Source: a virus (lineage: Duplodnaviria; Heunggongvirae; Uroviricota; Caudoviricetes). From it: a stretch of 64,000 bases of DNA. Shown one piece after another: positions 37,012 through 46,234 of the stretch. The notes beneath the pieces are model-generated. The model was given only the letters and a program-made list of their open reading frames with translations. It was not told where the DNA came from and did not search any database. A program made the translations under genes and the position numbers. Positions within the stretch are counted from its first letter, which is position 1. Every line of letters starts with the position of its first letter. The stretch is taken from the IMG/VR virus record IMGVR_UViG_3300025575_000276; one strand, 5' to 3'.

Positions 37012-37176
37012 ATGGAAAACCTAAAGAAATACATAAGGGAAACTATTGCATCACGTCCTGATTTAAAGGAAGCCATTTACGATCTATACTTACTTTGTAA
37101 GGACGAGATTGAAGATGGTGGTTCTGAAGACCATGAAATAGAACTTTGTTACTCAGCAATTAAAGATTTATTGTAA
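37012..37176 (+). CDS. small protein of about 54 aa
   Basis: I called this manually. The ORF reads MENLKKYIRETIASRPDLKEAIYDLYLLCKDE... and has a TAATG overlap with the next gene. Confidence 0.35.
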   Translation: MENLKKYIRETIASRPDLKEAIYDLYLLCKDEIEDGGSEDHEIELCYSAIKDLL

Positions 37177-37886
37177 TGAGAGACTACACAGATTACCAGC
37201 TTACCACAGGTAACGTTCTCCGGGTCATTCAGGATGATAGTCCAGCTAACCCTAGAACAGAATGGGATAACCTAGGAACTATGATCTGTTTTCACAAAAG
37301 GTACAACCTTGGAGATAAACATGATCATTCCGAACCTGATGATTTCAGAAAATCCTTAATTGAAGAATATTATCCCGGACTTACAGAGCGCATTGATAAA
37401 GAGACTGATAAACTATGGTCTAAATATGCGGAAGGTTATACTTTTTCTGAAAGACAAAAGAAAGTTTGGGGAGAGTATGACGATGCAATTAATGCTGCAT
37501 GGGAAAAAGTTTGTACAAAGTACCTGGTAATCCTACCACTGTACCTGTACGATCATTCAGGAATTACTATGAACACCATTGGATTCACCTGTCGATGGGA
37601 TAGTGGTCAAGTTGGCTACATCTATATTGATAAGGAGAAAGCTTTAAAAGAGTACGGAGGAAAAATCTTCTCCAGACAACTTAAAAAGCGTTTGACTTCG
37701 TATTTGGAAGGAGAGGTTGAAGTTTACGATCAATTCCTTACTGGTGATGTATATGGGTTTCAATTACTCGACCCTGAAGGTGAAGAAGTAGACTCCACTT
37801 GGGGATTCTTTGGAAGTGATCCAAAGGAAAACGGCATGATGGATGATATTGATGGTGAAATTGTCCAACAACGTAAAGCTGCATAA
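37176..37886 (+). CDS. hypothetical acidic protein
   Basis: The ORF is 236 aa with an Asp/Glu-rich C-terminal half. Confidence 0.5.
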   Translation: MRDYTDYQLTTGNVLRVIQDDSPANPRTEWDNLGTMICFHKRYNLGDKHDHSEPDDFRKSLIEEYYPGLTERIDKETDKLWSKYAEGYTFSERQKKVWGEYDDAINAAWEKVCTKYLVILPLYLYDHSGITMNTIGFTCRWDSGQVGYIYIDKEKALKEYGGKIFSRQLKKRLTSYLEGEVEVYDQFLTGDVYGFQLLDPEGEEVDSTWGFFGSDPKENGMMDDIDGEIVQQRKAA

Positions 37887-38209
37887 TGAATAAATCACGA
37901 TTAATTAGCCGGGAATGGGATATTCCCGGCAGTTGGTACGCTCCCAGAGGGTTTCTAGGTGAGTTTCCTTCAGTAAAGTTTGTGGAATTGACTGATACAT
38001 GTTCCTCTTCCGGAGATTGGAGTGGTTATTTCTGTCAGCAGATTGGGAAGACTTCTTATGTTATTCCTTTCGGACAGACAAATAATTGGCCTAATGGTGG
38101 GTACACTTTGTACACAAGTAACGAGTTTGCTCAAACCAAAGCTATACTTACTCGTCAAGAGTTTATGCAAATCATTGAAGACATTGAATCAATTAACAGG
38201 AGTAATTAA
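37886..38209 (+). CDS. hypothetical protein
   Basis: The ORF is 107 aa. Confidence 0.45.
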   Translation: MNKSRLISREWDIPGSWYAPRGFLGEFPSVKFVELTDTCSSSGDWSGYFCQQIGKTSYVIPFGQTNNWPNGGYTLYTSNEFAQTKAILTRQEFMQIIEDIESINRSN

Positions 38210-38211
38210 TT

Positions 38212-38421
38212 ATGAAAGAAAAACGCTATTATCTTATTAGTCCCGATGATCTTGAGGATGAAGATATTATTATACTGGATCTTGATGATGAAGGTTTTAT
38301 AACTGAAGCTGAAAGACAGGGTAATGTTTATACTGAATCCGGATTTGTAGATGCATTCAATACTGAAGAAGTCAGTTGTTTTACCCTGTATTTACGAGTC
38401 ATTGAAGTGGAGATACCATAA
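38212..38421 (+). CDS. hypothetical acidic protein
   Basis: The ORF is 69 aa. Confidence 0.45.
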   Translation: MKEKRYYLISPDDLEDEDIIILDLDDEGFITEAERQGNVYTESGFVDAFNTEEVSCFTLYLRVIEVEIP

Positions 38422-38612
38422 TGGAAAAACTATTCCCAGAGAAATTAACAAGACTATCGTTTGACAAAGCCTTCGACCTAGCTTTAAAAAAGTACGGTTC
38501 GGAACTTGGTATGTTTGGTAGGCTCCTTACTAAAGGAGGTTCAGTGATTCCCGGTAAATACATAAGTTATGGAATGTTTAAAGTAATCACCAAGGAGGAA
38601 CTATTATCGTGA
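38421..38612 (+). CDS. hypothetical protein
   Basis: The ORF is 63 aa. Confidence 0.4.
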   Translation: MEKLFPEKLTRLSFDKAFDLALKKYGSELGMFGRLLTKGGSVIPGKYISYGMFKVITKEELLS

Positions 38613-38902
38613 GCACAATACAACTTGAGGATACTACGACATTTCAATGTGTCGTTGATGGCCATAATGGTATCTATACTTATCAAGCATTCGTTGAAAT
38701 GTTCGAGCATGAACTGAGACACAATGGAGTTAAGGAGGAAACGATCATTGGAATTTTAAGTGGTCCGGAAAACCCTGACTACTCTGACGATTGCTGTTAT
38801 TTACTTCCAATTTCATTTGGTGGGAGAACTTACTTTGATGGAGAGAGTGGGGATATTTTCTCCCTTTCAGACGAAGAGTACGGAAAAGTTGAATTTAATT
38901 AA
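38609..38902 (+). CDS. hypothetical protein
   Basis: The ORF is 97 aa. Confidence 0.45.
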   Translation: MSTIQLEDTTTFQCVVDGHNGIYTYQAFVEMFEHELRHNGVKEETIIGILSGPENPDYSDDCCYLLPISFGGRTYFDGESGDIFSLSDEEYGKVEFN

Positions 38903-38958
38903 CTAATCAATGAAGGCTGCCCTTAACCGGGTGGCCTCTATCTAACACACACAGAAAC

Positions 38959-39372
38959 ATGAAGAAATTAATTCATAAAGATGTTATTGCTGAAGGCAAT
39001 GCTCTAATTGCCCAGTTCGAAGGGTACAAATTAATTACCCCATCAATGAGGAAGATCCCTGAAAGCTGGTCTCTCGCCTATTGGGAAAAAGAACGGCCAG
39101 ATAAAGGCAGACAGGTTATAAGTACAGAACATACCCTACCATACTTCACTTCTTATGAGGCAATGATGAGAGTAGTGGAACTTATTGAGAGCAGATCAAA
39201 GTGTATTTGTTTTGACATTACATCAACACATATTCATGTTCTACTTACCGGAAATCCGGGTTACAAAGAGAAGTTTTTCTATGACTTTGAGGAACTCACT
39301 AAAAAAGAAACTATCTGGGTTTCAATAGTTCAATGTATCAAATGGTTTAATTCTAAAGATAATATAGGATAA
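38959..39372 (+). CDS. hypothetical protein
   Basis: The ORF is 137 aa. Confidence 0.5.
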   Translation: MKKLIHKDVIAEGNALIAQFEGYKLITPSMRKIPESWSLAYWEKERPDKGRQVISTEHTLPYFTSYEAMMRVVELIESRSKCICFDITSTHIHVLLTGNPGYKEKFFYDFEELTKKETIWVSIVQCIKWFNSKDNIG

Positions 39373-39373
39373 T

Positions 39374-41152
39374 ATGCAATACACAGTTAATGAAACCGTA
39401 AAACTCATTTATGTTGATTTATTTGCCGGTGCCGGAGGGACAAGTACTGGTGTTGAAAGGGCTAGACATAATGGTAAAAAGTGTGCTATTGTAGCTGCTT
39501 GTGTTAATCACGATGCAAATGCTATTATCAGCCACAAATATAACCATCCGTTCACACTACATTTTACTGAAGATATCCGAACATTGGATCTTACTTCTCT
39601 GATTGTCCACATAGCTTACATGAGATTGGCCTATCCAAATGCAAAACTTGTGCTATGGGCCAGTCTCGAATGCACCAACTTTTCAAAGGCTAAAGGTGGT
39701 TTACCCAGAGATGGAGATAGTCGTACTCTTGCAGAGCATTTGTTCAGGTATATTGAGGCACTAGATCCAGACTTAGTTCAGATCGAAAATGTTGAAGAGT
39801 TTATGAGTTGGGGACCACTTGACGATGCGGGGAAACCTATTTCAAAAGAGGCCGGCATTGACTATACTCGTTGGAGAGACGAGGTTATAGCGTATGGTTA
39901 TAACTTTGACTATCATATATTAAACTCTGCTGATTTTGGAGCTAGGACTAGTCGTAGAAGGTACTTTGGCATCTTTGCTAAAGAAGGTATCCCTATAGCG
40001 TTTCCCTCCCCTACGCACTCTAAAAACCCTAAAAATGGACTGAAAAAGTGGAAACCTGTTCGTGAGGTTTTAGATCTCGAAGATGGCGGTGCCTCCATAT
40101 TTGACAGGAAGAAATCACTTGTCGATAAGACTCTTTTAAGAGTACACGCAGGATTAGTGAAGTTCGTGGCCGGTGGCAAAGAGCACTTCCTGGTAAAGTA
40201 TAGCTCCATGGGTCAAAATGGAAAATACAACGCACCGGGAGTGGATGAACCTTGTCCAGTTATTTCAACACAAAACAGATTAGGTCTGGCTCAGATAAAC
40301 TACTTAACAAAATACTATTCAGGAAATCCTGAATCTATGGTAGTTAGTCTCGAAAGACCTTCTCCTAAAGTAAGAACAAAGGATGGGCTTTCCCTTGTAG
40401 ACGTAAAGTTCTTTGCTGGTTACTATGGAACTGGAGATAATGTAACTTCGGTTGACTCTCCGGCCCCTACTATCACTACAAAGGATCGACTTGCTCTTAT
40501 AAAGGCACAATTTATAGATCAACAGTTTGGAAATTCAAAGCCATCTGGTGTGGACGTTCCTCTTGGAGCTGTTACCGTAAATCCAAAGTACAGTCTTGTG
40601 AATTGTGAGCAATTCTTTGCGAACTCTTACTCTGGCGGTGGTCAGATATCGGATATTGAAGAACCTTGTTCTACTTTAACAGTGGTTCCTAAACAGAACC
40701 TTGTTTCCTGTATTCAACAATCACAATACCTGTTTAATCCTCAGTACACCAGTAAAGGAGGAGACATCAATGAACCATGTTTCACATTGATCGCAAGGAT
40801 GGATAAGACTCCTCCAAGTATTGTTACTTGTAGTTCCGATCTCTCAGACAACGTACCCTCATTCATTAAGATACAGGGGAATACAGCAGTCTATGAAATC
40901 TATACTACAGATACTCCTGCAACCGTAGCCATAAAAGAATTTATGGCATTATACGGACTTCTTGATATTAAAATGAGAATGTTGAACATACCCGAACTAA
41001 AGCAGATCATGGGATTTCCTAAGGACTACATACTGGTTGGCACACAAGCCGAACAGAAGAAGTTCATAGGTAATGCTGTAGAGACTACTATGGCCATGGT
41101 GTTATGTGAAGCATTAGTTGAAGAATTAACTGAACTTAAACTTGTTGCATAA
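39374..41152 (+). CDS. DNA (cytosine-5) methyltransferase with a very large variable (target-recognition) region
   Basis: Motif I is 'VDLFAGAGG'. Motif IV is 'SLECTNFS', where Glu-Cys replaces the usual Pro-Cys. Motif VI is 'IENVEEF'. Motif VIII is 'TSRRRYFGIF'. Motif X is 'FIGNAVETT'. Confidence 0.8.
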   Translation: MQYTVNETVKLIYVDLFAGAGGTSTGVERARHNGKKCAIVAACVNHDANAIISHKYNHPFTLHFTEDIRTLDLTSLIVHIAYMRLAYPNAKLVLWASLECTNFSKAKGGLPRDGDSRTLAEHLFRYIEALDPDLVQIENVEEFMSWGPLDDAGKPISKEAGIDYTRWRDEVIAYGYNFDYHILNSADFGARTSRRRYFGIFAKEGIPIAFPSPTHSKNPKNGLKKWKPVREVLDLEDGGASIFDRKKSLVDKTLLRVHAGLVKFVAGGKEHFLVKYSSMGQNGKYNAPGVDEPCPVISTQNRLGLAQINYLTKYYSGNPESMVVSLERPSPKVRTKDGLSLVDVKFFAGYYGTGDNVTSVDSPAPTITTKDRLALIKAQFIDQQFGNSKPSGVDVPLGAVTVNPKYSLVNCEQFFANSYSGGGQISDIEEPCSTLTVVPKQNLVSCIQQSQYLFNPQYTSKGGDINEPCFTLIARMDKTPPSIVTCSSDLSDNVPSFIKIQGNTAVYEIYTTDTPATVAIKEFMALYGLLDIKMRMLNIPELKQIMGFPKDYILVGTQAEQKKFIGNAVETTMAMVLCEALVEELTELKLVA

Positions 41153-41154
41153 CA

Positions 41155-41388
41155 ATGGAAAATTTAAAAGATGTTTGCCTTACCTGTTTGACAAATGAAG
41201 AAGATCCTGAAAATGGGTACTGTATAAATGGCCATGATAATTGGTTAGATCATAGTGGTTTAATGCAACTTGAGTATATTAGAGAGGCAAAAATTGCACT
41301 TCATCTAACATGGGAAGAGATAATGACCAAACTTGAAATTAACTCTGGTCTTGGTTTAAGTGAAGTAATTAATACCGAAAAAGGATGA
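41155..41388 (+). CDS. hypothetical protein
   Basis: The ORF is 77 aa. Confidence 0.4.
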   Translation: MENLKDVCLTCLTNEEDPENGYCINGHDNWLDHSGLMQLEYIREAKIALHLTWEEIMTKLEINSGLGLSEVINTEKG

Positions 41389-41981
41389 AAGTAGGAAAAG
41401 AAGTATTTCAAGTTAAAGGTGAACTTATTGAGGTAGAACTTCACTATACAAGAACAGGAGGTTTCCGATTTAAAGGTATACCGGAGGAAGTGTATTCTAT
41501 GACGGAGACGGCCTTCGGGTACACAACCGAAAATGGGTTAAAAAATGCCACATTGGTAGCTCTTCAAAAGTGGCATGAAATGATTAAAGCTGAACGAAAA
41601 GTAATTGCTTACAGATTATTTGCATCATCAACCCTTATAAGGACCCGAGAAGGTAGAAAACCAGGTGTGAGTGGAAAATTCACTTCAGATGGTGGGTTTA
41701 AGATTCCTGATTATGCTTTTGGAGTTGATTATAAGGTTTACATGGAACTTAATAGTAATGGGTTAAAGTATTTCTCTCTTATGGAAAATGGAGAGAAGTG
41801 TGGCCGTCCAGAGCATATTGAGAGCGAGTGGGTCTTTATTGATTACTCAGAGGAAAGGGAACTATTCTTTAAAGGATTAGGGGACAATCTCCAAAACCTT
41901 GTTTATAAGGTGTCTGCTTTCTTTGATAGTCCGGAACTTCTTTCAATAATGGACAGTAACTCACTTAAACAGTTGATGTAG
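41385..41981 (+). CDS. hypothetical protein
   Basis: The ORF is 198 aa. Confidence 0.5.
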   Translation: MKVGKEVFQVKGELIEVELHYTRTGGFRFKGIPEEVYSMTETAFGYTTENGLKNATLVALQKWHEMIKAERKVIAYRLFASSTLIRTREGRKPGVSGKFTSDGGFKIPDYAFGVDYKVYMELNSNGLKYFSLMENGEKCGRPEHIESEWVFIDYSEERELFFKGLGDNLQNLVYKVSAFFDSPELLSIMDSNSLKQLM

Positions 41982-41982
41982 T

Positions 41983-42255
41983 ATGACAAAGAAAGAAATC
42001 CGAACTTCTGTTTCCTCATCCTGTAAAAAGGTTATGAAAAGTAACGGTTTTGGGTATAAGGATATTGAGTTTAACTATGGGCTACCTTGGATAGCAATAT
42101 TTGGTTTCTTCTTTGATCAAGGTGATGAAGCTCAAAACTTAATCGACCAAATGAAGGAAACCTCGCAAAAAACCGGACTACATATAAGTACTTGTCTGGT
42201 TTGGTATTTGGACTCCGCAGGAGTATTTTCACAACCAAGAAATACATTGATGTAG
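41983..42255 (+). CDS. hypothetical protein
   Basis: The ORF is 90 aa. Confidence 0.4.
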   Translation: MTKKEIRTSVSSSCKKVMKSNGFGYKDIEFNYGLPWIAIFGFFFDQGDEAQNLIDQMKETSQKTGLHISTCLVWYLDSAGVFSQPRNTLM

Positions 42256-42256
42256 T

Positions 42257-42556
42257 ATGAAAGAAACAAGAGAACAAATGGAAGCTGATGGTTGGATTTG
42301 CACTGATCCCGACTGTATACAGTATGTGAAAGTGCTGGGGCCACGTAAGTTTTACTTCAAGGAAGACAGAATCTCTGACCCTATGACTGGAAAAACTGAA
42401 GTGTATGGCTGTGAGATAAACCTGGATGATTATACCTTAGAGAAAACTATTGAAGAATGTTCCGCATTCTACCCTGCCGAAGAAATTACAAAGTGGTGGA
42501 ATGATGAGTCAGAGCTTGCCCTTATTGCAGAATGTATTTTTGAAATGAGTAACTAA
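42257..42556 (+). CDS. hypothetical protein
   Basis: The ORF is 99 aa. Confidence 0.45.
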   Translation: MKETREQMEADGWICTDPDCIQYVKVLGPRKFYFKEDRISDPMTGKTEVYGCEINLDDYTLEKTIEECSAFYPAEEITKWWNDESELALIAECIFEMSN

Positions 42557-42814
42557 GTAAACACCAATGAAAAAGACAAAACAAAATTATGAAAATTGGC
42601 TTAATGAGATAGGAAAAAGTCTTTCAAAGGAAGAGTTCTGGTTTGGAGGTAAAAATCATCATCGATATGGGAAGTATGGAACTTCAATGAGAAAACATGA
42701 TCCAATAGCATTTGAAGTAGGATTTAGAGAATTTCACCCTTAGTTTATTTATTCGTTGCATATTACATTAAAATGTTGTTATTTTACATCTCCGTTTTAC
42801 TATATTAGCAACGC

Positions 42815-43210
42815 ATGAAAGACGAAAGAATGATGTGGGTGGAAGCACTACACAAAACGGCTGAAAAGTACAGAGAACCATGGGGTAGAACCTTTTTGAA
42901 TCAAGATGAATGCTTTCTTTGCGGTGTCGCAGAAGAGATTCGGGAACGAGGTTCGAGATGTGGTAACTGTATTTTTCATGCCAATCACTGCACTTCACAG
43001 ATATCTTACATTGAGGCGAAAGACGACTATCTAAAACATAAGATAGAAATCCACACTCCTTTATCTGAGGTAAATGATGAAGATACGTTTGATCTCCCAT
43101 TATCATTTATAAGGAGAGCAGAAGAATTGGAGACTCTGGCTGAGTTACTGGAATACACTGTTCAAGAAACAGAGTACCCGGAATTCGCTGATGAGTACTT
43201 CCTAGAATAA
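42815..43210 (+). CDS. Cys/His-rich putative metal-binding protein
   Basis: It carries 'CFLCGV' and 'CGNCIFHANHC'. The leader motif TACTATATTAGCAACG sits directly before the ATG. Confidence 0.45.
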   Translation: MKDERMMWVEALHKTAEKYREPWGRTFLNQDECFLCGVAEEIRERGSRCGNCIFHANHCTSQISYIEAKDDYLKHKIEIHTPLSEVNDEDTFDLPLSFIRRAEELETLAELLEYTVQETEYPEFADEYFLE

Positions 43211-43297
43211 TTTAAAGTAAAATTTATAATAACTGAGGTCAGTCGTGAAATACCGGCTCAATATAATTATGTCTAATTGTTACTAACAGTATAATTT

Positions 43298-44056
43298 ATG
43301 AAAGAACAAATCACAATCCCCAATTTAAAGGTTGGGATGTTACTTACCACTTTCAGTATTAGCGGTTTTGCTCATACTGTGAGGAGTGAAATTAAGATTA
43401 CCGACATCCTTAGCAATCAGGTAATTTTCTCCCCAAAAGGCAAACGTAAAAAATACTACCTAAAGGTTGAAAATGATACCCTTGTGTTTGAAGGTTGGGA
43501 TCTCCCAATTAAAGACGACTATGCTGTATTTAGCAATATGTTCATGGGAAATGCAAAGTTGAACCTGGGAGGAATGGAGCCTGAAGAACTGAAGAAATTC
43601 ATTTTGGAGAAGAATATTAATCCTAAGTACAATGATTATAGTAGGATACGGTATGTAACCAAGAGTATTCCCTCCGACTCAAAAGAGAATTACTCCACAT
43701 TATTCTCAGCTTCAGAGATTCCTGAAACTCCAAGAGAACTTCATGGGGCCGATGGTTTGTATAACTACTCTATGGGTCTAGTGGTAACTTCAGGAGTAAA
43801 GGCAGTAGCTGATGCAAATGAGTGCTACTGGTTTCTGGATATTATTGCTTCTGTACAATACATGCCGGAAGTTCAAGCTGAAGAACACCAGACTTGGAAA
43901 CTTGAACATGTTAGCGGAAGTGCTTGTAAAGCAACCATGGAAGATGGGAACTACAACGTTATCTACAAACAGAATATTCAACATTCCAGTTTTAGAGGTA
44001 GTGCTCTGACTTTCTTTTTAATAAATAAAACCATACTTCTTCCTTCCGAAAACTAA
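43298..44056 (+). CDS. hypothetical protein
   Basis: The ORF is 252 aa. Confidence 0.5.
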   Translation: MKEQITIPNLKVGMLLTTFSISGFAHTVRSEIKITDILSNQVIFSPKGKRKKYYLKVENDTLVFEGWDLPIKDDYAVFSNMFMGNAKLNLGGMEPEELKKFILEKNINPKYNDYSRIRYVTKSIPSDSKENYSTLFSASEIPETPRELHGADGLYNYSMGLVVTSGVKAVADANECYWFLDIIASVQYMPEVQAEEHQTWKLEHVSGSACKATMEDGNYNVIYKQNIQHSSFRGSALTFFLINKTILLPSEN

Positions 44057-44062
44057 TTACCT

Positions 44063-44770
44063 ATGGTACCTACACTCGAAACATGGCTCCCGGTATTTCC
44101 GGGATTCTATGGTACTCATTTCGAATGCGATAATGAGGAACTTGAAATGGATAATGTTAACGACATCAGAGTTGAAAATAATTTGATCGGTGATGTTGTT
44201 TTTGACGATTATGATTGGGATTATGCTGCATACCGTGTTGAAGTAGCTAAAACCTGTTGTAATGTTATTGAACGGTGGTTAGAAGGTTTCATCTCTAAGA
44301 TTACTTACAGAGAAATCTGGTCTCCTGCTTACTATAACTTTACCAATGACAGCATTAACATTGGTGTAAAGATCTCAAAAAAGAACATCGAGAAGATCTC
44401 AGAGTACATCTATGAGCATAAAGATTTGTATCAGCAGTATTTAACTGAAAACTACACCTCTCGTTCTGGATTTGACTCATTCTGGTCTAATCAATTTGAT
44501 GTTTGGGAAAGGGATACTCAAAAGTTCACTGTGTTTGAAGGTGACTTTAGATTGGGAGCTGTACTCGATTTTATCTGTAGGTGTGAAAAACGTGAGGACT
44601 CTGAACGTCCTGACTTCACTTTGTACGAAGAGTCCGTTTGGTACGGAGAGTCCATGGTAAATGCCTCTAATTATGAAAAATTAACCACAATGCACAAATG
44701 CCCGGAGTGTGGAGAGTTCTTTGCTCCCGGTAAGAAGTGTTGTGATAACATTCTAATTTTAAAAGATTAA
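44063..44770 (+). CDS. hypothetical protein with a C-terminal zinc ribbon
   Basis: It ends in 'CPECGEFFAPGKKCC'. The ORF is 235 aa. Confidence 0.5.
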   Translation: MVPTLETWLPVFPGFYGTHFECDNEELEMDNVNDIRVENNLIGDVVFDDYDWDYAAYRVEVAKTCCNVIERWLEGFISKITYREIWSPAYYNFTNDSINIGVKISKKNIEKISEYIYEHKDLYQQYLTENYTSRSGFDSFWSNQFDVWERDTQKFTVFEGDFRLGAVLDFICRCEKREDSERPDFTLYEESVWYGESMVNASNYEKLTTMHKCPECGEFFAPGKKCCDNILILKD

Positions 44771-44773
44771 AGT

Positions 44774-45175
44774 ATGCGACCATTTAATAAAGCTCGAAAA
44801 GAATTAAAAACCTTGTTAAAGGACCAAAGCAGTGCAACAGTAACAAAGGCTTTGAAAATTCTCAAGCAACTTGAGAAGGATCTGGAAGAAAAAGCAGAGG
44901 AAGACTATTCTACCTGTGGTTGGGCAATTTCAGATTTTGAAACACAAGCCAGAAGACTTGAGGCCGATGCAATAGGAGAAGGTTACGAATATGATCCTGA
45001 GGATCACAGGAAAGAAATTCCTGTAAAGTATCGATTATATGATAGATCTACATTCAGGAGTACTCTTGATAGGATGGTAAGTAAAGCTTGTGATCTCAAT
45101 TGGGAAACAGTTGAGTACTATCTTGACCAGTATTGTCACATCTCCAGAAATGATATTGAAGAAGAAGTTGCGTAA
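44774..45175 (+). CDS. hypothetical protein
   Basis: The ORF is 133 aa. Confidence 0.5.
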   Translation: MRPFNKARKELKTLLKDQSSATVTKALKILKQLEKDLEEKAEEDYSTCGWAISDFETQARRLEADAIGEGYEYDPEDHRKEIPVKYRLYDRSTFRSTLDRMVSKACDLNWETVEYYLDQYCHISRNDIEEEVA

Positions 45176-45249
45176 TTCCAATTTTATTCCGTTACTTTGC
45201 ACTTTGTTTCTCCGTAATAATATATCAACAATACACAAAATATTTCAAA

Positions 45250-46218
45250 ATGATCATTAGGGAGTTGTCGTACTACGATAAATTTATCTTTTCCACAAGC
45301 GGTGGTAAAGACAGTCTCGCAATGATATTGTATCTTCTTGAGAATGGTGCCGATCCCAGTAAAATGGAACTTTGGCACCAATCAATTGATGGAAGGTACG
45401 ATACTCATAAAAGTTTCTTCGACTGGCCGTCAACCGATGGCTACGTGGCAAAATTGGCTGAACATTTAAACATTCCCCTATCCTATCAGTGGCGTGAGTA
45501 CGGTTTCTACGGTGAACTTCACCGTGAAAATCAGCGAACTAATGATGTTAGGTTTGAAAGATTTGGTGTTTTAGGACACCTACCCTCTTCTCCTTATGGT
45601 CAGGAGTCCACTAGACTTCGTTGGCCGGCCAAGACTGCATCTTTAACTACCAGGTGGTGTTCTGCATACCTAAAGATTGATGTGGCCTCCAGAGCACTTA
45701 ATAACATGCCAGACTTGAAGGGTAAGCGCATCTTGTTCATAACAGGTGAAAGGCGAGAAGAGAGTACTGCAAGATCGAAGTACAATGAATCAGAACTTCA
45801 TAGGACCAACTCTAAATCAAGGTTGGTACATCATTGGAGAGCGATCATTGATCAGAACGAACAATGGGTGTGGAATATCATACAAAGACATGGCATCCTG
45901 CCACATCCAGTGTACTACCTTGGGTTTCCCCGGTTGAGTTGTAGGAGTTGCATCTTCTTTTCAAAGGATCACTGGGCCACTTTAAAAGAGGTAAGTCCAG
46001 AGGTTGTCACTATGCTTTCAGGAGTTGAGGAGAACTTAAACTTTAAACTTGACAACAAGTTTACAATAAACGAGTTAACCCAAATGGGTAGAAGTCTACT
46101 TATTCCGGAAAACCACCAGTATGTTAAAATGGCTGTGTCAGAATTTTCTGGTAGTGTTACTACAAATAATTGGATCATGCCAACTGGTGCCTTCGGACAT
46201 GGTGGTGGAAGTCTGTAA
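45250..46218 (+). CDS. PAPS-reductase-family PP-loop ATP pyrophosphatase (CysD/CysH/DndC-like)
   Basis: The N-terminal 'FSTSGGKDSLAMIL' is a PP-loop SGGxDS motif in the PAPS_reduct style. The ORF is 322 aa. Confidence 0.6.
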   Translation: MIIRELSYYDKFIFSTSGGKDSLAMILYLLENGADPSKMELWHQSIDGRYDTHKSFFDWPSTDGYVAKLAEHLNIPLSYQWREYGFYGELHRENQRTNDVRFERFGVLGHLPSSPYGQESTRLRWPAKTASLTTRWCSAYLKIDVASRALNNMPDLKGKRILFITGERREESTARSKYNESELHRTNSKSRLVHHWRAIIDQNEQWVWNIIQRHGILPHPVYYLGFPRLSCRSCIFFSKDHWATLKEVSPEVVTMLSGVEENLNFKLDNKFTINELTQMGRSLLIPENHQYVKMAVSEFSGSVTTNNWIMPTGAFGHGGGSL

Positions 46219-46234
46219 TTTATAAATTAAAACT

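Noticed and set aside
39913-40522. Antisense ORFs inside the methyltransferase gene (98, 68 and 67 aa). Similar internal antisense ORFs occur in polA (51992..52366), the RecT-like gene (56612..56998, 56829..57092) and others
   Set aside because: They are fully embedded in strongly supported genes on the opposite strand and have no independent start context. They are typical spurious six-frame ORFs.
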